Source: Pseudomonadota bacterium (GTDB taxonomy: Bacteria > Pseudomonadota > Alphaproteobacteria > SMXQ01). Taken from it: a stretch of 64,000 nt of DNA. The stretch spans positions 12,007 through 76,006 of the forward strand of contig JADFJG010000005.1 in the NCBI GenBank assembly GCA_022566265.1, written 5' to 3'. Positions 56,638 through 64,000 of the stretch are shown here, in pieces (positions within the stretch are counted from its first letter, which is position 1; each line of letters opens with the position of its first letter). The notes under the pieces are model-generated. The model was not told the origin of the DNA, made no database searches, and was given only the letters and a program-made list of their open reading frames with translations. The position numbers and the translations under genes are program-made.

Positions 56638-59037
56638 TCAGGCGCGCCGGCGCATCCTCTCGAGACAGGCGTTGGCGCAGGCATCGAGGATGGCGTCGGC
56701 GTCGAGCCCGTGGACGCGGTAGAGATCGGCGATGTCGCCCGACTGCCCGAACGCCGTGACGCCCAGGGGATAGGTGCGATGCCCGGCGACCGAGCCGAGC
56801 CACGACAGCGTCGCCGGATGGCCGTCGATGACGGTGACGATGGCGGCGTCGGGCGCCAGACGGCCGAGCAGCCGCTCGACATGGGAAACGGCCGCCGCGC
56901 CCTTTTCTTTTTCTCTGCCGCCCTTCGCCGCCCGCGACCACTCGGCGTGGAGGCGGTCCGGCGAGGGAATGGCCAGGAGCCCGGCCCCGGGAAGGTCGTC
57001 GCGCAACTGTTCGACGGCGTCCATCGCCTCGGGCGCCACCGCGCCGGTATAGGCGATGGCGAACTCGGCGCCCGGCGCCGGCGGCCGCTGCCAGTAGGCG
57101 CCGGCGATGATATCGCCGCCGAGGGCGGCGTCGATCCGCCGCTCCGGCGGCTCGATCGCGCGCGTCGATAGGCGCAGATAGACCGATGATCCCTCCGCCG
57201 CCTGCATGTGATCGAAGCTCCAGCCCATGATCCAGGCGAGCTCGTCGGCGAAGGCCGGCTCGAAGTAGCTGAGCCCCGACTGGCTCATGCCGATCATCGG
57301 CTCGAGGATCGATTGATGCGCCCCGCCCTCGGGCGCCAGGGTCAGCCCCGACGGGGTCGCCACCACCATGAAGCGCGCGTCCTGGTAACAGGCGTAGTTG
57401 AGCGCGTCGAGCCCGCGGGCGATGAAGGTGTCGTACAGGGTGCCGATGGGAATCAGGCGGGCGCCGAACAACGGCGCCGACAATCCGAGAACACCGAGCA
57501 GCAGAAACAGGTTGTTCTCGGCGATGCCGAGCTCGATGTGCTGGCCCGCCGGTCCCTTCTCCCATTTCTGGGTCGACGCCACCTTCTCGGCCTTGAACAC
57601 GTCTTCCTTCACCTTGCGCGCGAACAGCCCGCGCCGGTTCACCCAGCCGCCGAGATTGGTCGAGACGGTGACGTCGGCCGAGGTGGTGACGATGCGCCGG
57701 GCGAGTTCGCTCTCGCCCTTGCCGAGTTCGCCGAGGATGCGCCCGAAGGCCGCCTGGGTCGAGGTCTTGGCGCCGGCGGCAATGGCGTCGGCGAGGTCCG
57801 GAACCGCGATCTTGACGTCGGTGTAGCGGCGCTCGGGCGCCCGGTTGAACGGCACCGATTCGAGGAAGCGGGCGAGCTCGTCCTCGGCCACGGCCAAATT
57901 GGCGAGGGGTTGCCATTCGGCGCCGTCGGCAATGCCCATCGACTGTTTGAACCGCGCCATCTGCGCCACCGTCATCAGGCCGGCGTGGTTGTCCTTGTGG
58001 CCGGCGAGCGGCAGGCCGAAGCCCTTGACCGTGTAGGCGACGAAGCAGCGCGGGGCGTCATCGCTTACCCCGTGGAAGGCGGTGAGCAGGGTCGCCATGT
58101 CGTGGCCGGCGAGGTCGGTCATCAGTTCGTCCAACCCGCCGTCATCGAAGCCGTCGAGGAAGGTTTTCAGCCCCGAGGCGCCCGCGAGGTCGGCCTGGAG
58201 GCGTTTGCGCCAGGCCGCGCCGCCCTTGAAGGTGAGCGCCGAATAAAGGTCGTTGGGGCAATCGTCGATCCACTTTCTCAAGCTCCCGCCGGCCGGGCCC
58301 TCGAAGGCACGGTGCAGCGCCTTGCCGTATTTGAGGATCTCGACCCGCCAGCCGACGGTCTTGAAGAAGTCGTTTATCTTGCGGAACAGCCGGTCGGAAA
58401 CGATGCCGTCGAGGCTCTGGCGGTTGTAATCGATGACCCACCAGAGATTGCGCACGTCGTGCTTCCAGCCCTCGAGCAAGGCCTCGAAGACATTGCCCTC
58501 ATCGAGCTCGCCGTCGCCCATGATTGCGATCATGCGGCCCTGGCGCGCATGATCGGGCGCCAGGCGGTGGAGGCGGACATAATCGGCGGCGATCGACGCG
58601 AACAGGGTGGCGCCGACGCCGAGGCCGACGGAACCGGTGGTGAAGTCGACGTCGTCGGTGTCCTTGGTCCGCGACGGATAGGCCTGAACGCCGCCAAGCG
58701 CCCGGAAGTTCACCAGCGCGTCCCGGTCCAGGCGGCCGAGGATATATTGGATCGCGTGGTAGACGGGGCCGCCGTGGGGCTTCACCGCCACCCGGTCCTC
58801 GGGCGTCAGCACGTCGAAATAGAGCGCCGTGAGAATCGTCGCCACCGAGGCGCAAGACGCCTGATGGCCGCCGACCTTGAGGCCGTCGCGCGAGGGGCGG
58901 ATGTGATTGGCATGGTGGATCATCCACGTCGCCAGCCACAGGACGCGCTTCTCGAGCTCCTTGAGAATAACCAGCTTGCCGGCCGGCGCCGAAAGCGCCG
59001 CGTCTCCATGCGGTGGGGTCATATTGAGCGAGGTCAC
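56638..59037 (-). CDS. Thiamine-diphosphate-dependent 2-oxo-acid dehydrogenase E1 component, homodimeric AceE type (short form)
   Basis: AceE-like motifs LKVGGHQASCASVATI and TPP-binding IMGDGELDEGNVFEAL...VIDYNRQSLDG. 799 aa. No E2/E3 genes adjacent. Confidence 0.65.
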   Translation of the reverse strand: MTSLNMTPPHGDAALSAPAGKLVILKELEKRVLWLATWMIHHANHIRPSRDGLKVGGHQASCASVATILTALYFDVLTPEDRVAVKPHGGPVYHAIQYILGRLDRDALVNFRALGGVQAYPSRTKDTDDVDFTTGSVGLGVGATLFASIAADYVRLHRLAPDHARQGRMIAIMGDGELDEGNVFEALLEGWKHDVRNLWWVIDYNRQSLDGIVSDRLFRKINDFFKTVGWRVEILKYGKALHRAFEGPAGGSLRKWIDDCPNDLYSALTFKGGAAWRKRLQADLAGASGLKTFLDGFDDGGLDELMTDLAGHDMATLLTAFHGVSDDAPRCFVAYTVKGFGLPLAGHKDNHAGLMTVAQMARFKQSMGIADGAEWQPLANLAVAEDELARFLESVPFNRAPERRYTDVKIAVPDLADAIAAGAKTSTQAAFGRILGELGKGESELARRIVTTSADVTVSTNLGGWVNRRGLFARKVKEDVFKAEKVASTQKWEKGPAGQHIELGIAENNLFLLLGVLGLSAPLFGARLIPIGTLYDTFIARGLDALNYACYQDARFMVVATPSGLTLAPEGGAHQSILEPMIGMSQSGLSYFEPAFADELAWIMGWSFDHMQAAEGSSVYLRLSTRAIEPPERRIDAALGGDIIAGAYWQRPPAPGAEFAIAYTGAVAPEAMDAVEQLRDDLPGAGLLAIPSPDRLHAEWSRAAKGGREKEKGAAAVSHVERLLGRLAPDAAIVTVIDGHPATLSWLGSVAGHRTYPLGVTAFGQSGDIADLYRVHGLDADAILDACANACLERMRRRA

Positions 59038-59165
59038 GGCGGGGGCAGCCTGGCCATAACGTCGGGAAACTTGCGAGGATCATAATACCAATATCTAGGA
59101 AGATGATTGCGTTTCCTTCCGAATTATCCCATAAAATAGGGATATATATCTGATTTAAGCCATGA

Positions 59166-59648
59166 ATGAGGGAGATAATGCCTGACAGCGATCTCGACGC
59201 CATCGACCGCCGCATCCTCGACCGCCTGCAGGAGGACGGGCGCGTCTCCAACGTCGAGCTTGCCAATGCCGTCGGCATCTCGTCCTCGCCGTGCTGGCGC
59301 CGGGTGCGCGAGTTGGAAAAGCGCGGCGTGATTTCGGGCTACGTCGCCCTCGTCGATGCCGCCGCCGTCGGCCTGCCGGTCAGCGTCTTCGTCCAGGTGA
59401 CGCTCGAGCGTCAGATCGAAACGGCGCTGGAGACCTTCGAGGCGGCGGTGAAGGCGCGCCCGGAGGTCATGGAGTGTTATCTGATGACCGGCGACGCGGA
59501 CTATCTCTTGCGGGTCGTGGTCTCCGATCTCCCCACTTACGAGGCCTTCCTCAAGGACCACCTGACCCGCATCCCCGGCATCGCCAACATCAAGTCGAGC
59601 TTCGCGCTGAACCAGGTCAAGTACCGCACGTCGCTGCCCCTGGGTTGA
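59166..59648 (+). CDS. Lrp/AsnC family transcriptional regulator
   Basis: HTH (RVSNVELANAVGISSSPCWRRVRELE) and RAM domain. Divergent from the E1-like gene across an AT-rich spacer. Confidence 0.8.
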   Translation: MREIMPDSDLDAIDRRILDRLQEDGRVSNVELANAVGISSSPCWRRVRELEKRGVISGYVALVDAAAVGLPVSVFVQVTLERQIETALETFEAAVKARPEVMECYLMTGDADYLLRVVVSDLPTYEAFLKDHLTRIPGIANIKSSFALNQVKYRTSLPLG

Positions 59649-59724
59649 GGGGTTCCCCGACGTCGATCGACATTTCACCCGACCCGTCCCCATGGCGCCA
59701 TCCCGATATCGCCGCCCGACCCTG
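59621..59724 (+). repeat. Direct repeat DR1 (104 bp) covering the last 9 codons of the Lrp gene plus 76 bp downstream
   Basis: 94% identical to 60684..60787 (6 mismatches). Confidence 0.9.
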
Positions 59725-60301
59725 CGGCAGATTCCCGATCAAGGCGTGGAAACAGGCGTAGACAAACCTAGGTACGCTTCCTGACCCGCCCGCCGGGCCC
59801 AAACCGCCGCTCGCCCAAGCGCACCACCGGCGCACATACATCCCAAGCGCTGAGGAACCCTCTCGTCCCTGCCGCTCCCGCTCGTAAAGCCGGGTTGCAC
59901 GGGCGACGAATTTCCGCATCGTAGCCTTGGCCACCCTCGGCCCATGAGTGCGGCCATGTGGGGCTGAACCATCGCGGCCAGAAGCACTCCTACATCCAAG
60001 AATAGGAAGCCGAGACCTATGCTCACGAGATGCTGCGGCTCCACGGGGTCGGCGTGCCGCGCAAAGAGACCGTCCGCGCCAAGAAACATGTCGCCCGCAA
60101 ACTGAAGATGGGGTTGCGTCGGGGGCTGCTGAAGGTCAACCGCGACGTGGCCAGTGGTGCGGCGTCAGTTCTGTAGCCATCCAATCCTTCGTAGGCCCGC
60201 CGCCACGCGGGCATGTCATGTAGCCCCGCATCCCGTTGACATCCTTCCCTAGCCAAGCCGATAGTACCCGACTTCAAAACAAGCTCATCGGGAGAGAGCC
60301 A

Positions 60302-60586
60302 ATGGTTAGGGAATTGGGAATTGTCGAGGCCGAGCTTACCAAGGGCCAGATACGTAAATTGAATGCCCTGCGGAAATCCGTTGGTCCGGCGATAGGGGAG
60401 AGGGCGTTCGCGGAATGGCTAGAAAATGCCGAGGCCGGAAAGGAGGCTGCCGTGGACAGGAACACGGCGTTGATCGCGGAAGCAATTGAAGCGGCGATCA
60501 AGAGCAAGAAGCTGAGCATCCCGCGCGGCGGTTATTTGCTGAAGCGAGGGCGCGGCCGGGTGCTGGTGGAGAGGGCCGGCCCCTAA
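60302..60586 (+). CDS. Hypothetical protein inside the DR-bounded insertion (low-GC)
   Basis: 94 aa, starting MVRELGIVEAELTKGQIRKLNALRK, preceded by GGGAGAG RBS. Noticeably lower GC than the surrounding sequence. Confidence 0.4.
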   Translation: MVRELGIVEAELTKGQIRKLNALRKSVGPAIGERAFAEWLENAEAGKEAAVDRNTALIAEAIEAAIKSKKLSIPRGGYLLKRGRGRVLVERAGP

Positions 60587-60683
60587 CCTCTCATCGAAAG
60601 GCGCCGGCAAACAACCATGGGCCTATGTGTTGCGGCAACGCCTGGACCGCCACGCTGTGCCAGAACACCCTGCGCCGGCCTCC

Positions 60684-60787
60684 GTACCGCACGTCGCTGC
60701 CCTTGGGTTGAGGGGTTCCCCGAGGTCGATCGACATTTCACCAGACCCGTCCCCATGGCGCCATCCCGACATCCCCGCCCGATCCTG
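60684..60787 (+). repeat. Direct repeat DR2 (copy of DR1)
   Basis: gtaccgcacgtcgctgcccttgggttgagggg... duplicates the Lrp 3' end, 960 bp downstream of DR1. Confidence 0.9.
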
Positions 60788-61008
60788 GCGGACGCTTACG
60801 CGCGGTGGTTGTCGCGATGGCGTCGCCGCTAGGATTTGCCGGATCATTCCGATCCACCGGGGCGATCCGCCCGAACCGGCTGGACGGCCCCATGGTCGTG
60901 CGCTAGAAGGGGGAACGGCGATGGCGACAGGGCGCCGGGTCCGGAACTTGGCCCGGCGAAGGTCCCGCCCCTATATCAAGAACTTCAGTTATCTCATTGA
61001 TCATACAT

Positions 61009-61098
61009 GGATGGGTGGCCGAGCGGTCGAAGGCACCGGTCTTGAAAACCGGCAGGGGTTAGCGCTCCTCGTGGGTTCGAATCCCACCCCATCCGCCA
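61009..61098 (+). tRNA. tRNA-Ser (anticodon UGA), CCA encoded
   Basis: Acceptor stem GGATGGG/CCCATCC, anticodon loop CUUGAAA in a CCGGU/ACCGG stem, long variable arm, T-arm GTGGGTTCGAATCCCAC, discriminator G plus CCA. Confidence 0.9.
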
Positions 61099-61331
61099 CC
61101 CTGGAGGGCACCGCCCCTTCCAGCACACATTTCCGTGATCAGATTTCCCTTGTGATTGCGGCGATGTGGGGTAACATCCGGGCGCGGGCAACCTATGGGC
61201 CCGGCGTAGGGGAGGTTTACGGCCTATACACTTGACTTGGTATTTTCCCGGCATCGTGGAACCCTTGCGCGCATGCGCCGGTGCATGATTGCATTTGGCG
61301 TCCGAACTAACGAACGTGAAGGACAGTATTT

Positions 61332-61541
61332 ATGGCTACTGGAACCGTCAAATGGTTCAACCCTGCGAAGGGCTTCGGCTTTATCACCCCGGAGGACGGC
61401 GGCAAGGACGTCTTCGTGCACATCACCGCCGTGGAAGCTGCCGGGATGGGGACACTATCAGAAGGTCAGAAGGTCAAGTTCGAGGTGGTCGAAGACCCCC
61501 GCGGACTCAAGGCCTCGGATCTCTCTCCGGCGGAGGAATAG
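61332..61541 (+). CDS. cspA: Cold-shock protein (CspA family)
   Basis: Starts [34 protein letters not shown]; RNP1 and RNP2 motifs present. Confidence 0.9.
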   Translation: MATGTVKWFNPAKGFGFITPEDGGKDVFVHITAVEAAGMGTLSEGQKVKFEVVEDPRGLKASDLSPAEE

Positions 61542-61971
61542 ACGCCCGCTCTGGGCGCCGACAATGCGCCCGAAGGGAACCATCCATTGAAGCGCCGCGC
61601 CGGGCCATGATCCGGCCAGGTGCCGGTGCCTCGCGCCCCGCTATCACCCCCTGAAACGGCTCTGTTGGACTGACCCTCGAGACGGCGGGCGCCTGTGGCG
61701 CCTGGCGGGTTCGTGCGCCCTCCCCGGCGGCGGTGATGGGCACCGGACCGGGCGCCGGAGCGACACACCGGCGGGGAACCCCCATGGCCGGATGAGCCAT
61801 CGGCGGGCGCCGGGATGCCGATGCCCGAGGCCTTGTTCCGCCGATACGAATAGGCCCCTATCGACGCCCACCCCTTGATAACCAATCCTTCACCCGCCGG
61901 TGCTATGCACTCTCGTACGTTATGGCGGCAATGAGCCGCCGGCGTGGGCGAAGCTGGGTCTTGCGGACCTG

Positions 61972-62049
61972 TCCGATGTCCTGGCCCGATGTCTTGGCCC
62001 GATGTCTTGGCCCGATGTCTTGGCCCGATGTCTTGGCCCGATGTCTTGA
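61972..62049. repeat. 13-bp tandem repeat CCCGATGTCTTGG x6 in the 5' region of the degenerate PleD-like gene
   Basis: tccgatgtcctgg followed by cccgatgtcttgg x4 and then cccgatgtcttga. The array ends 17 nt before the ATG at 62066. Confidence 0.9.
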
Positions 62050-62065
62050 AGGAACGATTGGTGAG

Positions 62066-63391
62066 ATGAACCAGGTCGGTCGAATCCTGCTCGTCGCCGA
62101 TGACGCCGGGGACCAGCGGCGGTTGTCGGCGAGACTCGAGGACGTGGGCTACGGCGTGCTGACGGCGGATGGCGGGGCGCAGGCGCTGGAGAGGGCGCGC
62201 GACGGCTCTCCCGACATCGTCATGCTCAAGACGCCGTTCCGGGACGGCGGCGAGACGCCGCTGATCAAGGAACTCAAGGCGGCCCCGGAAATCTCGCACA
62301 TTCCCCTGGTCATAATCGGCGACGGCATCTCGCCCGAACGCCGGCGCGCGTACCTGGAACAGGATGTGGATGACGTGCTTGGAGGCACCCCGGACGGGAC
62401 GGAACTCGTCCATCGCCTCAAACCCATGGTCCGGTTCGCCACCATGCAGTCGGAGTTGCGCCTGAGACTGGACACCGCCACGACATTCGGCATCGACGTC
62501 GCCCCGCCGCCTCGGCCCGGCGCCGGGGACGGCCGGTACCGGGTCCTGGTGGTGGGAGGAGGCGAGCGCCCGCTCAAGGACATCGAAGCCGTGCTCGAGG
62601 GCAGCTATGGGCTGGAAGTGGTCACCGACCCCTTCAAGGCGGAAAAGCTTCTCGGCGGCGGCGACTTCGATGCCGTCATCGTCTCGCTGGAAAGCGGGAC
62701 CGCCGCCGACTACCTCTATCTCTGCGCCCAGGTCCGTAAGAACCCGGCGCTTTTCAACCTGCCCGTGCTCGTCATCTCGGACCCGGAATGTTTGAAGGAA
62801 CCGGCGGAGGCTTATTCCAAGGGCGCCAGCATCGTCCATCTGAGACCGGTCGGCGCCAGTGATCTCGACGCTTCGATCATGACCCTGGTCAAGCGTCAGC
62901 GGGCGCGCCGCGATATCAGGGAGGCCTTGCTGGCGACGCTCGGCGATGAAACCTGTGACGCCAGCGCCGGCCTCTACAGTACGGCGTTGCTGCGCGCCCA
63001 TCTCGACCAGCTGATCAGGGCCAGCGAGGGGGGGCGAAAGGCGCTATCGGTGGCGCTGTTCAAGATTCGCAACATGGCCGGGTTGCGCAAGGAATTCGGC
63101 GACGAGGCGGCCGACGGCCTGTTCGCCGAAGTGGCGAGTTGGTTGGCCCGCCTGGTTCGTGTCGAGGATTTGGCGGCGAGGTATGAAGACGGTTTCTGCG
63201 TCACCTTCCCGCACACCTCGATCGAGGACACGAAGACGCCGATGAACCGCATCATGTGGATTCTGACTCATACCGAGTTCGGCATCGCCGACCAACCCGT
63301 CGGTCTTTGGGTGATGGCGGGCCGCGCCGCGCTGGAGCCCGGCGACGACGCCGACCAATTGATCGCCCGCGCCGGGCGCCACATGGATTGA
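62066..63391 (+). CDS. PleD/PopA-like protein with two pseudo-receiver domains and a degenerate GGDEF domain retaining an RxxD I-site
   Basis: REC1 has the DD pocket but Lys in place of the phospho-Asp (DIVMLK). REC2 lacks the DD pocket and the Asp. GGDEF is replaced by YEDGF, preceded by RVED (RxxD). Confidence 0.7.
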   Translation: MNQVGRILLVADDAGDQRRLSARLEDVGYGVLTADGGAQALERARDGSPDIVMLKTPFRDGGETPLIKELKAAPEISHIPLVIIGDGISPERRRAYLEQDVDDVLGGTPDGTELVHRLKPMVRFATMQSELRLRLDTATTFGIDVAPPPRPGAGDGRYRVLVVGGGERPLKDIEAVLEGSYGLEVVTDPFKAEKLLGGGDFDAVIVSLESGTAADYLYLCAQVRKNPALFNLPVLVISDPECLKEPAEAYSKGASIVHLRPVGASDLDASIMTLVKRQRARRDIREALLATLGDETCDASAGLYSTALLRAHLDQLIRASEGGRKALSVALFKIRNMAGLRKEFGDEAADGLFAEVASWLARLVRVEDLAARYEDGFCVTFPHTSIEDTKTPMNRIMWILTHTEFGIADQPVGLWVMAGRAALEPGDDADQLIARAGRHMD

Positions 63392-63466
63392 ACCCAGCCC
63401 GAAGTCGCCTCCATCTGGCCGCATAGTGCTCTGGCCTTTGGCCGCGAGCCTCGGTAGTCTTGGCGC

Positions 63467-64000
63467 GTGAAGCTCGATATCTATTCCGACACCATCTGCC
63501 CCTGGTGTTTCATCGGCAAGCGCCGGCTCGAGAAGGCCCTGGCCGGGCACTCCGGCGGCGGGATTTCCATCGCCTGGCGGCCGTTCGAGCTCAACCCCGC
63601 CATGGCCGCCGGAGGCATGGCGCGGGAGGAGTATCTGGCGCGCAAATTCGGCGGGCCCGAGCGGGCGCGCCAGGTCTATGCCGCCATCGCCGAAGCCGGG
63701 CGCGAGGAAGGCATCGCCTTCGCCTTCGACCGCATCCGCCGCACCCCCAACAGCTTCGACTCCCACCGGCTGATCCGCTACGCGGCCTCATCGGGCCGCC
63801 AGGACGAGGTGGTCGAGGCGTTGTTCAGGGGTTATTTCCTCGATGGCCTCGACATCGGCGATCGGGACGTGCTGGCCGGCATCGGCGCCTCGGCCGGTCT
63901 GGCGAAGGTTGAGCTCGATGCCTATCTCGCGACCGATGCGGACGCCCGCGAGACCCGCGCCGATTTGGCCGGCGCGCGCACCCTCGGGATCGACGCCGTT
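63467..64000 (+). CDS. DsbA-family thiol:disulfide oxidoreductase (FrnE/2-hydroxychromene-2-carboxylate isomerase-like), 3' end outside window
   Basis: GTG start. Thioredoxin-fold motif CPWC in KLDIYSDTICPWCFIGKRRLE. Confidence 0.65.
   Translation, partial: MKLDIYSDTICPWCFIGKRRLEKALAGHSGGGISIAWRPFELNPAMAAGGMAREEYLARKFGGPERARQVYAAIAEAGREEGIAFAFDRIRRTPNSFDSHRLIRYAASSGRQDEVVEALFRGYFLDGLDIGDRDVLAGIGASAGLAKVELDAYLATDADARETRADLAGARTLGIDAV

Noticed and set aside
59948-60223. Possible tyrosine-integrase C-terminal remnant (GQKHSYIQE*EAETYAHEML) inside the DR-bounded insertion
   Set aside because: It loosely resembles the LGH...YxH box of tyrosine recombinases but contains an in-frame stop and poor spacing. 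It is too weak to call without a profile search, so it is reported only as a hypothesis within the finding.
61922-62065. N-terminal 48 codons of the 489-aa ORF (MAAMSRRRGRSWVLRTCPMSWPDVLARCL...)
   Set aside because: These codons are encoded by the 13-bp tandem repeats, which cannot be a stable reading frame. The REC domain and a plausible start (ATG at 62066) lie downstream.

Overview
A 64 kb, high-GC (about 66-67%) chromosomal segment from an alphaproteobacterium, with Rhodospirillales/Rhizobiales-like synteny (nifR3/dusB-ntrBC-ntrYX-trkA ... hfq-hflX). Most of it is core genome. In order: phosphonate ABC genes (phnCEE, 5' partial), glpK, two tandem GT-C (ArnT/PMT-like) membrane glycosyltransferases (the second truncated), a MalFGK-like ABC importer with two permeases and two non-identical ATPases, cinA/pgpA/ispDF, a cytochrome-c-assembly-family membrane protein, dusB-ntrB-ntrC-ntrY-ntrX, trkA, a class IV aminotransferase, a HAD hydrolase, hfq-hflX, groESL preceded by a CIRCE element, a housekeeping block (mazG, tatD, metG, holB, tmk, dacC, rlpA, mltB), tctCBA, tauD, an orphan PAS histidine kinase behind an AT-rich island, a truncated-haemoglobin/reductase pair, hemN flanked by two inverted MITE-like elements, a form I CO dehydrogenase cluster (coxMSLDE) next to an AceE-like E1 gene and a divergent Lrp regulator, a roughly 1 kb low-GC insertion bounded by 104-bp direct repeats beside tRNA-Ser, cspA, a fully degenerate PleD/PopA-like protein with an upstream 13-bp tandem array, and the start of a DsbA-family gene. 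No CRISPR array, intact transposase, prophage or recognisable defence system was seen. The most unusual signals are the MITE pair around hemN, the DR-bounded islet by tRNA-Ser, an ABC importer with one consensus and one degenerate ATP site, an in-frame triplication of a conserved active-site motif in IspD, a deletion junction that truncates a glycosyltransferase paralog, and several perfect short tandem repeats. All calls rest on reading the six-frame translations and the nucleotide sequence by eye; no database searches were run.
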